Counted from the stretch's first letter, positions 32,837 to 48,524 are shown. The stretch: DNA of 64,000 nt from an uncultured Gemmatimonadaceae bacterium (GCA_963843845.1 CAWJMB010000002.1:2592001-2656000); one strand, 5' to 3'. Notes: generated by a model not told the origin, from the sequence alone. Numbers and translations are program-made.

Positions 32837-33805
32837 TCACCCCATGCCGAACTCGCGCGAGAACGCGACCGCGAACTGGAACGTCTTCGCGCGGCTCCGC
32901 GTCTCCATCGCATCCGCGATGCGCGCGAGCCGCTGCGGAATGCCGAGGATCGTCTCCTGGGCGCGCTTCCCGACCTCGTCGAGCCCCACGAGGGCGTCGA
33001 TCGTCCAGAATCGAATCTGCTCCTCGACGATCCTGAGGTAGTCACGGGGACCGTAGATCCCGGCGCGCCGGATGACGTCCGCCATCTCGCGGAAGTGCGG
33101 CATCGTGACGCCGGGCATGTCGATCGATGGCATGATCGCGACTGCCGACGCCAGCGCACGGTTCGGATCGCGCGCGAGGACTTCCTTGAAGATCGTGCGA
33201 TAGAACACGTAGTGCCGCGCCTCTTCCTTCGCGACGTTCGCGAGTACCTCGCCGATGATCGGCTCGTACTCGCTCGCGAGTTCCCCGGTGTTCGCGTGAC
33301 TCACCTGCGTCGCGCGCTCCTGGAGCGTCGTGTAGACGAAGACGCGGTACGGGTCCTTGTCCCACTCCGGGTTGAACCCCGCTCGCAGATACTCGAACTG
33401 CATCCGCTCGAGCACGGGATTGTCGAGGATCCGGCTGTCGCGCGCGTAGTCGTGCAGCACCGCACCGTGCCGGTCCTCTTCCGCCGTCCAGAGGTTCGTC
33501 CACTTCGACCAGAAGGTGTCGCCGCCGAGGTACGCGGCGAGCAGGCGGTGGAAGTGTGGCAGCCCCTCCTCGGTGAGCAGATTCAGCGCGAGCGCCACGC
33601 GACCCGGCAGGCTGATCCCCTCGGCGCGCTTCCGCAGCTCGCTGACGTAGCGATCGGGGTCGGTGTCCGGCGGCGGCGCGAGCAGTTCGCTCGGGAACCA
33701 GAGGATACGCTTCGACTCATGCACGACCATGAGGTCGCGCACGACCTCCTCGAGGTCGTCCAGGACTTCGACTTTCGCGAGGGTCTCGCGTTCGGGAACG
33801 ATCAT
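32837..33805 (-). CDS. Acyl-ACP desaturase (soluble di-iron, DesA-like)
   Basis: NLLTEEGLP, WTAEEDRHG, YTTLQERAT, EEARHY ferritin-like ligands. Confidence 0.9.
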   Translation of the reverse strand: MIVPERETLAKVEVLDDLEEVVRDLMVVHESKRILWFPSELLAPPPDTDPDRYVSELRKRAEGISLPGRVALALNLLTEEGLPHFHRLLAAYLGGDTFWSKWTNLWTAEEDRHGAVLHDYARDSRILDNPVLERMQFEYLRAGFNPEWDKDPYRVFVYTTLQERATQVSHANTGELASEYEPIIGEVLANVAKEEARHYVFYRTIFKEVLARDPNRALASAVAIMPSIDMPGVTMPHFREMADVIRRAGIYGPRDYLRIVEEQIRFWTIDALVGLDEVGKRAQETILGIPQRLARIADAMETRSRAKTFQFAVAFSREFGMG

Positions 33806-33810
33806 CAGCG

Positions 33811-33899
33811 GCGTTCGGGAGTCACGGGAAAGCGACGGGGCAGCCGACAGAGAGCTAACGCCCCGTCGACCGCCCCGACACCCGTGACTTACCGAACGC
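33811..33899 (-). promoter_or_regulatory. Long nested hairpin in the desaturase 5' leader (candidate cis-regulatory RNA)
   Basis: Perfect stems 33811-18/33892-99 (8 bp), 33820-28/33881-89 (9 bp), 33833-41/33860-68 (9 bp), plus a 3-bp apical stem. Confidence 0.55.
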
Positions 33900-33913
33900 T
33901 GTGCTTGTGCGGC

Positions 33914-35740
<1,827 letters not shown>

Positions 35741-35776
35741 GAGCGTTACGGGATGGCAGGAAGTGAGATCGAGACG

Positions 35777-37162
35777 TCAGACGAGCGCGACGAGGGCGTT
35801 CAGCGGTTCGCGCGACTGCGCGACGAGCGACAGCGCCATCTCGCGCGTCGGCGCCTCGGCGATCACGCGGACGATCGGCTCCGTGCCGCTCGGCCGGACG
35901 TGCACCCAGCGATCGGGCCACGACAGGCGCAGCCCGTCTTGCGTGTCGGCCGACGCGTCGGGGAACGCGGCGAGGAGCGCCGCATAGACGGAGTCGAGCG
36001 GCACCGGCGGCCGATCCAACTTGTCCTTGACGATTACGTAGCGCGGATGGTCAGCGACGATCGTCGAGAGCGCCCGACCGTCTTCGAGCAACAGCTGCAG
36101 CATGAGCGCGGCGCCGAGCGGCGCGTCGCGTCCCAGGTGCAGCTCGGGGAGGATGACGCCGCCGTTTCCCTCCCCGCCGATCACCGCACCCGTCTCGCGC
36201 ATCTTCACGGCGACGTTCACCTCGCCGACCGCGGCGAGCAGGCATGGCACACCGGCCGCGGCGGCGATGTCCTCCACGACGCGACTCGTCGAGAGGTTCG
36301 TGACGACCGGGCCCCGGCGGTGCGCGAGCACGATCCGCGCGGCCAGCGCGAGCGTGTAGTCCTCACCGATCGCCTCGCCGCGCTCGGACACGAGGGCCAG
36401 CCGATCGACGTCCGGGTCGGTCGCGAACCCGATGTCGGCGCCGGTCGACCGCACGAACGCCTCCAGCTCGCCGAGATTCTCCGCGACTGGCTCAGGCGGG
36501 CGCGGGAATCGACCATCCGGCTCGAGGTTGATCGCGTGCAGCGTGCAGCCGAGCCGCTCGAGCAACATCGGCATGATGACCGAGCCGGCCCCGCGCACGG
36601 CGTCGAGCGCGACCGTGAAATTCCGCGCCCGGATCATCGCCACGTCCAGGAAAGGCAGCGCGAGGATCTGCTCGACATGACGCGCCGCCGCGTCGAAATC
36701 CATGCGCACGTGGCCGAGCCGGTCCCACGTCGCGTAGCGCGTGCCCGCGTCCATCATCGCCCGCATCTCCGCCCCTTCCGACGCCTCGAGAAAGAGGCCG
36801 GTGGGGCCGATGAACTTCAGCGCGTTCCACTCGATCGGGTTGTGGCTCGCGGAGAGCATGAGCCCACCGGCGGCGTGATGGTGCTCGACGGCGAGCTGGC
36901 AGGTCGGCGTCGTCGTCAGTCCGATGTCGATGACGTCCGCGCCGACCGCTTCCAGCGCCGAGAGCGCGACGCGGTGAAAGAGCGGCCCGGACACACGGCT
37001 GTCGCGGCCGAGCACGATCGTTCGCGCCTGCTCCCCGCTGCGCCGCGCGATCGCCCACGCGCCGAACGCCGACGCGAACCGCGCGACGATCTCCGGAGAC
37101 AACGCCTCTCCAACGCGTCCGCGCACTCCGGACACGCTCACCATCAACCCGTCGTATGCCAT
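35777..37162 (-). CDS. glmM: Phosphoglucosamine mutase (alpha-D-phosphohexomutase)
   Basis: SASHNP, DPDVDR, GGEGNGG, RPSGTEP; adjacent to glmS. Confidence 0.85.
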   Translation of the reverse strand: MAYDGLMVSVSGVRGRVGEALSPEIVARFASAFGAWAIARRSGEQARTIVLGRDSRVSGPLFHRVALSALEAVGADVIDIGLTTTPTCQLAVEHHHAAGGLMLSASHNPIEWNALKFIGPTGLFLEASEGAEMRAMMDAGTRYATWDRLGHVRMDFDAAARHVEQILALPFLDVAMIRARNFTVALDAVRGAGSVIMPMLLERLGCTLHAINLEPDGRFPRPPEPVAENLGELEAFVRSTGADIGFATDPDVDRLALVSERGEAIGEDYTLALAARIVLAHRRGPVVTNLSTSRVVEDIAAAAGVPCLLAAVGEVNVAVKMRETGAVIGGEGNGGVILPELHLGRDAPLGAALMLQLLLEDGRALSTIVADHPRYVIVKDKLDRPPVPLDSVYAALLAAFPDASADTQDGLRLSWPDRWVHVRPSGTEPIVRVIAEAPTREMALSLVAQSREPLNALVALV

Positions 37163-37307
37163 GCTCGACCCGACCGTGTGAACGAAGCGGCGCTGCGGAA
37201 ACCTTGCAAGATAGCAGTCGCCGGAGATGCCCGCCAAGCGAAATGCGCGCGCACCAACACGTTATGAGACGTCGGCGCGTGCGCCGCGTCACAACCGCGT
37301 CAGTCGG

Positions 37308-39624
<2,317 letters not shown>

Positions 39625-39628
<4 letters not shown>

Positions 39629-40979
39629 AGGTTCTGATCGTCGGCGGCGGCGGGCGGGAGCACGCGCTCGCCTGGAAGCTCAAGCGCGAGACGCCGGACG
39701 TCGAGATCGTCGCCGCGCCCGGAAATCCCGGGCATCGCCGCAGCTCGGCCGCTGCGTCGCCGATCGCGCCGACGGACGTCGACGCGCTCGATCGCCCTCG
39801 CCGAGGCCGAGCGCCCGACGTTCACGCTCGTCGGGCCCGAGGCGCCGCTCGCGCTCGGGCATCGTCGACCGGTTCCGGGCGCGCGGCCTGCCCATCTTCG
39901 GTCCCACGCAGCGCCGCGGCGCAGCTCGAGACGTCGAAGGCGTTCGCGAAGCGCTGATGCTCGACGCCGGCGTGCCGACGGCGACGCGCCACGCGCCACA
40001 CCGACCCGGCCGATGCGAAGCGTGCAGCGCACGCGTTCGGCGTCGCCGGTCGTCATCAAGGCGTCGGGGCTCGCCGCCGGCAAGGGCGTCGATCGTCGCG
40101 CAGACGCTACGGCGAGGCCGAGCGGGCGATCGACGACATGCTCGTCGAGGCACGTCTACGGCGACGCCGGCGCCGAGGTGCTCGTCGAGGAGTTCATGGA
40201 GGGTGAGGAGCTGTCGTGCTTCTACCTGACCGACGGCCACGCCGCGCTCCCGCTCCTCGCCGCGCAGGACCACAAGCGGCTGCTCGACGGCGACGTCGGG
40301 CCGAACACCGGCGGCATGGGCGCCTACGCGCCGGTCACGCCACCTCGGCCGGCCGGCGAGCCGCTCGAGGCGATGCCGCGCCCGAGCGCTGGAGGTGATG
40401 GGCGCGATCGTCGAGCCCGACGCTCGCCGCGATGCGCGACGCCGGCGCGCCGTTCACCGGCCTGCTCTACGCGGGCTGATGCTCACCGCCGACGGCCCGA
40501 AGGTCGTCGAGTTCAACTGCCGCTTCGGCGACCCTGAGACGCAAGCGCATCCTGCCGCCGATGGCGCGAACTCGACTGCCGGCCTCGGCGCGACTGATGG
40601 CGAGCGTCGCGCGCGGCGAACGCCTCCCGCGAGGCGAACGCCTGCGCTCCGGATCGTGCGGGTGCGTCGATCCGTGCGTCGGTCACGACCGTCGTCGCCG
40701 CCGCCGGCTACCCCGACGCGCCGCGCACCGGCGACGCCATCACGCTGCCGACCGAGCTTCCCGACGGCGTCACGATCTTCCACGCCGGCACCGCGCGCGA
40801 TGCCGACGGCCGGCTCGTGACCGCCGGCGGCCGCGTTCTCGCGGTCACCGCCGTCGCCGACACGTTCGAAGCGGCGCAGGCGCTGAGCCGGCGCGGTCGC
40901 CGAGCAGATCCGGTTCGCCGGAAAGCAGTTCCGCACCGACATCGGCTGGCGCGAGGCCGAGCGGAGGGCCGGTCCTGAG
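39625..40979 (+). CDS. purD: Phosphoribosylamine--glycine ligase (frameshifted; end approximate)
   Basis: [64 protein letters not shown]. Confidence 0.9.
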
Positions 40980-40996
40980 AAGTCGGGCGACCGAGG

Positions 40997-41834
40997 ATGC
41001 CGGAGCTTCCGGAAACTGAGACGATCGCCCGCGACCTCGACGCGGAGCGTCGCGGCGCCACGCTCACCGGCGTCGGTCGTGCACCGCGGCGACGTCCTGC
41101 GCGAGATCGACGCCCGACGAGCTCGACGCCCGCATCGGCGGCGCCCGCGTCGACCGTGCGTGGCGCCGCGCGAAGCTCGTCATCCTCGACCTCTCGACCG
41201 GCGACCGGCTCGTCGTGCAGCCGCGCTTCACCGGCGCGCTGCTTGCTCGACGCCGGCCAGCTCGATGAGCGGGAGCAGCGCTTCGTGCGCGTCACGTTCC
41301 CGCTCGACCGACGGCCGCCTCCTGCACTATCGCGACATCCGCTGCCTCGGCACCGTCGCGCTCATGGCGCCGGCCCGCTTCGCCGAGTACATCGCCGCCG
41401 CTCGGCGATCGAGCCTCTTGACCCCGCCTTCACCACCGCGCATCTATCGGGCGTTGTTCGGGGCTCGCGCCAGGCCGTCAAGAAGCTGCTGCAGGATCAG
41501 CGGCGGATCGCCGGCATCGGCAACATCTACGCGAACGAGGCGCTCTGGCATGCACGGATCGACCCCGCCCGCGCGCGGCCAGCGCGCTGACCGAGTCGAG
41601 GTCGCGCGACTCCGGACCGCGATCGTCGACGTCCTGACCGAGTCGATCGCGCTCGCGCGGCACGAGCTTCCGCGACTACGTCGACGCGCGCGGCGGTCGC
41701 GGCGCGGTTCGTCGAACGGCTCGCAGGCGTACGGACGCGGCGAGTGCCCCTGCCCGCGCTGCGGCACGACGCTGGTCGAGACGCACGCGATCGACGGGCG
41801 CACGACGGTGTACTGCGCGCGCTGCCAACGCTGA
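40997..41834 (+). CDS. mutM: Formamidopyrimidine-DNA glycosylase (frameshifted)
   Basis: MPELPETE, LLQDQRRIAGIGNIYANE, CPRCG...RTTVYCARCQ zinc finger. Confidence 0.9.
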
Positions 41835-41843
41835 ACCGTCTCG

Positions 41844-42971
41844 ATGTACGCCGCCCACCTACGACGACGTCCAGCGTCGCCGGCCTCCGCGCGCTCGTGC
41901 GCGCGGGCGCCGAGGACCGGCCGGGCGTGTACCGCATGCTCGGGACCGACGGCGACGTGATCTACGTGGGCAAGGCCAAGCGAGTGCGGACGCGGCTGAT
42001 GAGCTACTTCCGCGGCAGCTACCCGGCCGACAAGGGCGCGCGCATCGTCCGCGAGGCCGCGACGATCGAGTGGGACTACGTGCCGAGCGAGTTCGGCGCG
42101 CTGCTGAACGAGCTGCGGCTCATCAAGAAGCTGCGCCCGCGCTTCAACGTGCAGCTGAAGACGCGACGCGCGACACTGGGTGTTCATCAAGCTCACGCGC
42201 GGGCCGGCTCCCAAGCTCCAGGTCGTTCGCGGCGGCGGGCGCGACGAGCCCGGAATCTAGTACGGACCGTATCAGGGCTACGACCGCGTCGTCGAGGCCG
42301 TGCGCGAGCTGAGCGACGCGCTCGGCCTCCGCGACTGCGCGCAGGACGTGAAGATGAGCTTCGCCGACCAGCGCGAGCTGTTTGCCGACGCGCTCGTGCA
42401 GCTCACCCGCCGCGCGCCGCGCTGCATCCGTCACGAGGTCAAGAAATGCCTCGGCCCGTGCGTCGCGGCGTGCCGGCACGACGAGTACGGCGAGCGCGTG
42501 GCACTCGCCCGCGTCGTTCCTCGACGGCGTCGACGACGGACCGCTCGACTGCAGATGCGGGCGCGGATGGAGGAGAGCGCGGAGCGGCTCGACTTCGAGC
42601 GCGCGGCGCTGCTGCGCGACAAGCTGCGCCGGCTCGAGGGGCTGCGCGAGCAGTTCGACCGGATGCGCTACGCGGTCGACACCCTCACGTTCGTGTACAC
42701 GGTCCCCGGGCACGACGGCGAGGAACGGATGTACTTCGTGCGGCGCGGGCGGGTACGCGCGGAGTGCGCCGTCCCACGATGCGCACGCGACCAGGCGGAC
42801 GTGCGTCAGCGGCTCGCCGACGTGTTCGCGGTGAGCGAGCCGCGCGGCGCCGCCGTCCCCGCACACGAAGTCGACGAGCTGCTGTTGCTGTCGAGCTGGT
42901 TCCGGCGTTTCCCCGACGAGCTGGCGCGCACCCGCAGCGCCGACGCGCTGCTCGAGCTGCAGGCCGCCTGA
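41844..42971 (+). CDS. GIY-YIG endonuclease with UvrB/UvrC motif (Cho/UvrC N-terminal-like; frameshifted, start approximate)
   Basis: PGVYRM...IYVGKAKRVRTRLMSYF, ELRLIKKLRPRFN, CLGPC, MEESAERLDFERAALLRD. Confidence 0.8.
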
Positions 42972-43099
42972 CGGCACCGACCCGGCAAATGGCCGCCCTC
43001 TTGCACTAGCTCCCCACGCTCGCGACAGCTTCGTGTGCGACGCTGGCGCACCGACTGCCGCTCCGCCCCCTACCGCGACGAGCTCGCAGGAGTGCACCT

Positions 43100-43339
43100 A
43101 TGGCGACCCTCTGGCAGCCCGAGCAGACGGCCTGGCAGCCGACGACGCTCGTGAAGTGTGTCAGCCTCGAGCCCTGGCTGCTCATCCCCGGCGACGACGA
43201 GCCGGGCGGCTGTCACGACCTCACGCTCGACAAGATCTACGAGCTGGTCAGCGTCGAAGCGGACGGGCGCCTGTACCGGATCATCGACGACTCGGACGAC
43301 GATTTCCTCTACCCGGCGTCGCACTTCAGCGAGGTGTGA
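43100..43339 (+). CDS. Small hypothetical protein (79 aa)
   Basis: AGGAG SD; LTLDKIYELV...YRIIDDSDDDFLYPASHF; clean codon usage. Confidence 0.7.
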   Translation: MATLWQPEQTAWQPTTLVKCVSLEPWLLIPGDDEPGGCHDLTLDKIYELVSVEADGRLYRIIDDSDDDFLYPASHFSEV

Positions 43340-43398
43340 CGCTCCTCGGCGCGAGGCCGTCGAACGACGAACCGTCAGGCGTGGCGCCCTCGTCGCCG

Positions 43399-43896
43399 TC
43401 AGGCCAGTTCGATGATCTCGGCGTCCGCTCTGCCGTCCGTGATCGTCAGCCGGGCCACACTCGGTTGCATGTCGAAGCGGCGCTGGCCGGCTGCGCCCGG
43501 ATTGATGACGAGTCGGTCGCCTGCCCGCACGACGAGTTGACGATGCGTGTGCCCGTAGACGATCACGTCCGCGGGGTACGCGGCCAGGAGCTGCTCGGGG
43601 CGCGGGCGTCCGAGCTCGTGGCCGTGACTGACGTGGATCGAGAGCCCGCCGATCACGACGTCGATCGCCTGCGTGAGCCGTGGCTGGCCCGGCGCGTCGG
43701 TGTTGCCGTACACGGCATCCACCGGCGCGATGAGCTCCAGCTCGGCGAGCACCCCCGCGCCGACGTCTCCCGCGTGCAGGATGCGCGACACGCCGGCGAG
43801 CGCCTCGAACACCGAGGCACGCACGAGACCGTGCGTGTCCGAGATGAGGCCGATCGTGACGACGCCGGGCGCGTCGGGCGTGGAAGCGTCAGCCAT
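43399..43896 (-). CDS. Metallophosphoesterase (YfcE/MJ0936 family)
   Basis: ISDTHG, HAGDVG, GNTD, HGH, GHTH, NPG motifs. Confidence 0.9.
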   Translation of the reverse strand: MADASTPDAPGVVTIGLISDTHGLVRASVFEALAGVSRILHAGDVGAGVLAELELIAPVDAVYGNTDAPGQPRLTQAIDVVIGGLSIHVSHGHELGRPRPEQLLAAYPADVIVYGHTHRQLVVRAGDRLVINPGAAGQRRFDMQPSVARLTITDGRADAEIIELA

Positions 43897-44494
43897 CGGC
43901 CGGCGCCTCACCCCACCGCCGTCCGACACCGTGCTCGACGTCGAGATGATCGAGCACCCGTGCGGCGACGAAGTCGACCAACTCGCCGATGTCGCGCGGA
44001 CGGTGATAGAACCCGGGCGATGCCGGGAGCACCGTCGCGCCGGCGCGCGTGAGCCGCAGCATGTTCTCGAGGTGGATGGCGCTGAACGGCGTCTCTCGCG
44101 GCACGAGCACGAGGCGCCGCCGCTCTTTCAGCGTCACGTCCGCCGCCCGCTCGACGAGCGAGCGCGACGTGCCCTGCGCGATCGCCGCGACCGTGCCCAT
44201 CGAACACGGACAGACGACCATCCCCGCGGTGCGCGCCGACCCCGACGCGGGGCGCGCGCCGCGGTCGCGGTCGTCGAACACCGTCACGTGCGCGTCCCAC
44301 GCGTCGGCGCCGACGACCTCGCGCAGCGCTTCCATCGTCGCGATGCCGCTCTCCGTGTCGAGCAGCCGCCAGCCGTGGGCACTGACCACCAGCCACGTCG
44401 GGCGTCGCGCGCGGCGAGCGCCTGCGAGCAGTCGCACGGCGTACGGCGCGCCCGCTCGCGCCGGTGATCGCGACGACGATCGGGAGCGTCGCAT
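43889..44494 (-). CDS. ubiX: Flavin prenyltransferase UbiX family (frameshifted at N-terminus)
   Basis: VVAITGASG, ASGS, CPCSMGT, RAADVTLKERR, RETP, PGFYHRP. Confidence 0.88.
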   Translation of the reverse strand: MRRSRSSSRSPARAGAPYAVRLLAGARRARRPTWLVVSAHGWRLLDTESGIATMEALREVVGADAWDAHVTVFDDRDRGARPASGSARTAGMVVCPCSMGTVAAIAQGTSRSLVERAADVTLKERRRLVLVPRETPFSAIHLENMLRLTRAGATVLPASPGFYHRPRDIGELVDFVAARVLDHLDVEHGVGRRWGEAPADG

Positions 44495-45423
44495 GCCCGC
44501 CACGACGGCGGGCGATCGAGCGCGACAGGCGAGGAACGCGATGCTGATGATCCCGTTCATCGTGAAGAACGCCGCGTCGAGCTTCGACAGGTCGTCGGCG
44601 CGCACGAGCGAGTGCTCGTAGAGCAGCAGCGCGGCGACGACGCACACCCCGACCCCGAGCCAGACGTGGCCGCCCGGCGCGCCGTACGCCGCCGCGCCTA
44701 ACAGCAGCACGACCGCGACGTGCAGCGCCCGCGCGATCGCCGATCGCCCGCCGCGCGCCGAACGCCGCCGGCAGCGAGTGCAGCCCGCGCGCCCGGTCGA
44801 ACGTCTCGTCCTGCAGCGCGTACAGGATGTCGAACCCGCCCGACCACGCCATGACGGCGAGCGCGAGCGCGCACAGCAGCCACCACGGCTCGCTCCACCG
44901 CCCGGTGACCGCGAGGTAGCCGCCGACCGGCGCGATGCCGAGCCCGAGGCCGAGCACGAGGTGCGACCAGCGCGTGAAGCGCTTCGTGTAGCTGTAGAAG
45001 AACACCCACGCGAGCGCGACCGGCGACAGCACGAGGCAGAGCCCGTTCAACGCGCCCGCCGCCCCGATGAAGAGCAGCGACGCCATGCGCCACCGCGATC
45101 CGCGCCTCGCGCACACGCCAGCGCGCCGCTCGGCAGCTCGCGCATCGCGGTGCGCGGGTTCATCGCGTCGACGTCGCGGTCGACGATGCGGTTGAAGCCC
45201 ATCGCCGCGAACCGCGCGGCCGTGAACGCGACGACGATCCAGAGCAGCGGCGCGTGCGTCCGGCACCCGCACCCAGCTCGCCATGACGACGCCGACGAGC
45301 GCGAACGGCAGCGCGAACACGGTGTGCGGCAGCTTCACGAAGCTCGCGTAGCGCGCCGAGCCGCGACGCGCCGGCGAACGTCTGCGGCTCGGCGGGGCGC
45401 CGGACGCCAGACGGCGCGCTCAC
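44491..45423 (-). CDS. UbiA-family prenyltransferase (MqnP-like; frameshifted)
   Basis: [37 protein letters not shown]. Confidence 0.85.
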
Positions 45424-46898
45424 AGCCCGAGCTCCGGCCACATCGCGTCGACCGCCGCCTTCGTCGCGGCGTCCATCTCGATGATGGGCGGCCACGCGCG
45501 CGTGAACCCTTCCTCCGGCAGCTTCCGCGTCGCGTCGATCCCCATCTTGCTGCCGTACGTGAACGCGCGGCTCGCGTGATCGAGCACGTCCACGGGCCCC
45601 ATCGTGAAGCGCACGTCGCGCTCCGGGTCGATGTTGTTGAGCGCGGCCCACCACGCTTCCTGCGCGTTGCGCACGTTCACGTGCTTGTCGACGACGACGA
45701 GCACCTTCGCGAGCGACATCAGGCCCGGCGCCCCACAGCGCGTTCATCACCTTGTAGGCCTGCCCCGGATACTGCTTGTCGATCGACACGAACACGAGGT
45801 TGTGAAAGACCCCCTCCGCCGGCATGTGGTAGTCGACGATCTCGGGAACCGTCAGCTTGAGCAGCGGCAGGAAGATCCGCTCGGTCGCGTGGCCGAGGTA
45901 GAAGTCCTCCATCGGCGGCCGGCCGACGATCGTCGTCGCGTAGGTCGCGTCGCGGCGCATCGTCACCGCGGTGAGGTGCACCTGCGGGTAGAGGTCCGCC
46001 TCCGAGTAGAAGCCCGTGTGGTCGCCGAACGGCCCTTCGACCACGAGCGCCTCGCGCGGGTCGATGTAGCCCTCGAGCACGATCTCCGCGTCCGCCGGCA
46101 CCTCGAGGTCGCACGTCACCGCCTTCGCGAGCGGCACCGGCGACTGCGCGCAGGAATCCGGCGAAGATGAACTCGTCGACCATCGGCGGCAGCGGCGCGC
46201 TCGCCGAGTACATCGACGCCGGGTCGGCGCCGACGGCGATGCACACCGGCATCGTCTCGCCGCGCTCCGCCATCTCGCGCCAGTGCGCCGCGCCGACCTT
46301 GTGGCGCTGCCAGTGCATCGCGACGGTGCGCTTCGAGAGCTGCTGCACGCGGTACATGCCGACGTTGCGGATGCCGCGCGCCGGGTCCTTCGAGATCGAC
46401 CATCGTCAGCGTGACGTACGGCCCGCCGTCGTCCGGCCAGCAGGTGATGATCGGCAGCTGGTCGAGGTCGATCTCGTCGCCGCGCCACACGATCTCCTGG
46501 CACGGCGCGCTTCCCGCTCTTCATGCGCGGCGGGAACTTCGCCACCTCGAACAGCCGCGGCAGCATCGACAGCTTGCCCAGCATCCCTTCCGGCACCTTG
46601 AGGTCGAGCAGCTCGCGTGATGCGCTCGCCGTGCTCGTCGAGCCGGTCGACGCCGAGCGCCAGCGCCATCCGCCGCATCGAGCCGAAGAGGTTGATCGCC
46701 ACCGGAAACGGCGAGCGCGTGCCGTCGCGGAGGATCGACGTGCTCGAACAGCAGCGCCGTGCCCGCCGCCCGGCATCTTCGACACGCGGTCGGTGATCTC
46801 GCAGATCTCGAGGTGCGCCTTCACCGGCCGCGTGATCCGGTGCAGCTCGCCGACCGCGTCGATGGCCGCGATGAACTCCGGAGCGTGTCGAGGGCCAC
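45420..46898 (-). CDS. UbiD-family decarboxylase (menaquinone biosynthesis, MqnL-like; frameshifted)
   Basis: NLFGSMRR, CWPDDGG, EGPFGDHTGFY, IVGRPPMED, DVLDHAS...GSKMGIDAT. Confidence 0.85.
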
Positions 46899-46931
46899 GC
46901 CTGAGCGGATGCGGAGGCGCTCACGGCCGGC

Positions 46932-47687
46932 TCAGCGCTTCGTCCCGACGTGGATCGCCGCGATGCCGAAGCGACAGCGACTCCCAGCGCACGTCGCGCG
47001 AAGCCCGCCGCCGTCATGCGCGCCGCGAGCTCCTCCTCGGCCGGGAAGTGCGCGACGGACGCCGGCAGGTAGCTGTACGCCGTCCGGTGCCCGCTGACGA
47101 GCCGACCGACGAGCGGCAGCACGCGATGGAAGTAGAGGTGGTAGCCGGCGCGCACGAGCGCGATGCGCGGCGTCGAGAACTCGAGGATCACGAACCGCGC
47201 GCCCGGGCGCGAGCACGCGCAGCACTTCGCGCAGCGCCGCGTCGAGGTCGGCGACGTTGCGGATGCCGAACGCGACGATCGCCCCGTCGAGCGACGCCGT
47301 CGGCGAGCGGCAGCGCGAGCGCGTCGGCGCCGACCGGCGCGAGCGCGATCGCGCGGCGCCTTCCCCGCGCCGGCGCGCAGCATCGGCTCCGCGAAGTCGG
47401 CGCCGACCACGAGCCCGGCGAACCCGTGCTGTCGCACCAACAGCGCGCCGACGTCCAGCGTTCCCGCGCACAGGTCGAGGTACGTCGCCGGCCGGCCGGC
47501 GCGTCCAGCCGAGCGCCGCGAGCGCGCGCCGGCGCCAGGCGCGGTCGATGTTCAGGCTCAGCACGTGGTTCAGCAGGTCGTAGCGCGGCGCGATCTCCGA
47601 GAAGATGCGCTGCACGTACGCGCGCTTCTCCGCCCCGCCGCGCCGCGGCGCGCGCGCGCGACGTCGGCGCGCCGGTCGTCGAGGCAT
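46932..47687 (-). CDS. menG: Demethylmenaquinone methyltransferase UbiE/MenG (frameshifted)
   Basis: FSEIAPRYDLLNHVLS, AFGIRNV, ILEFS, AYSYLPASV. Confidence 0.85.
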   Translation of the reverse strand: MPRRPARRRRARAPRRGGAEKRAYVQRIFSEIAPRYDLLNHVLSLNIDRAWRRRALAALGWTRRPAGDVPRPVRGNAGRRRAVGATARVRRARGRRRLRGADAARRRGEGAARSRSRRSAPTRSRCRSPTASLDGAIVAFGIRNVADLDAALREVLRVLAPGRAVRDPRVLDAAHRARARRLPPLLPSRAAARRSARQRAPDGVQLPAGVRRALPGRGGARGAHDGGGLRATCAGSRCRFGIAAIHVGTKR

Positions 47688-47829
47688 CGTGCGAAGTGTC
47701 GGCGCGGCAGGCGGAGCATCCGGCTGCAACGTGTCGCCGCGAACGCTGCAGGATGCCCGCCACGCCGAGTACTCGCGTCGACCGCGTCTGCGCGTCGCAC
47801 GCTGCCCGCGCCGCCGCCAGCCCTCCCGC

Positions 47830-48433
47830 ATGCTCCGAGCTCTCGACCTCGCCAACCTCCCGGATGCCGACGTCGTTCGCCTCGCCCAGGAGGGGCGCGA
47901 GGCGGCGTTCCGGGAGCTGGTGCGGCGCTACGAGCGGCCGGTGTTCTCGCTCGTCTTCCGCATGGTGCGCGACCGCGAGATCGCCGAGGACCTGGCGCAG
48001 GACACGTTCATCAAGGTCCTGAACCACATCGACCGGTACAGCCCGGAGTTCAAGTTCTCGAGCTGGCTGTTCAAGATCGCGAACAACGTCGCGATCGACT
48101 CACCTGCGGCGGAAGACAGCTCGACACCGTGAGCATGGACGGCTCGCCGCACGCCGCGACGGCCGCCGAGGTCGAGGCGACGCGTTCGAGCTCGCGGCGC
48201 AGCAGGAGACCGCGCTCGAGGAGATGGAGGCGCGCGAGCTCGGCTCGGCCATCGAGCGGGCGATCGCCAGGCTGCGGCCCGAGTACCGATCTTGCATCAT
48301 GCTGCGTCATGTGGAGGGGCGGTCGTACGAGGAGATCGCCGCGACGCTCGACCTGCCCCTCGGCACCGTCAAGACCTACATCCACCGCGCGCGCCACGAG
48401 CTGCGCCGCGCGCTGGAGCACCTGCGCGAGTGA
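47830..48433 (+). CDS. ECF RNA polymerase sigma factor (SigW/RpoE-like; frameshifted)
   Basis: AEDLAQDTFIKV, FSSWLFKIANN, RSYEEIAATLDLPLGTVKTYIHRAR. Confidence 0.9.
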
Positions 48434-48524
48434 TCCGCGGACGCGTCGCGCTCCGGCGATCTACGGAGTCCGTCCGCCTGAAACCTCCGTCCGTGCCGCG
48501 CGTAGACCCGCGCAGAGGAGACCT

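Noticed and set aside
23975..32837. Accessory block as a mobile element
   Set aside because: No transposase or integrase, terminal inverted repeats or convincing target-site duplication found.
35741..35776. glmS ribozyme upstream of glmS
   Set aside because: Only 36 bp separate glmM and glmS, too short for the ribozyme.
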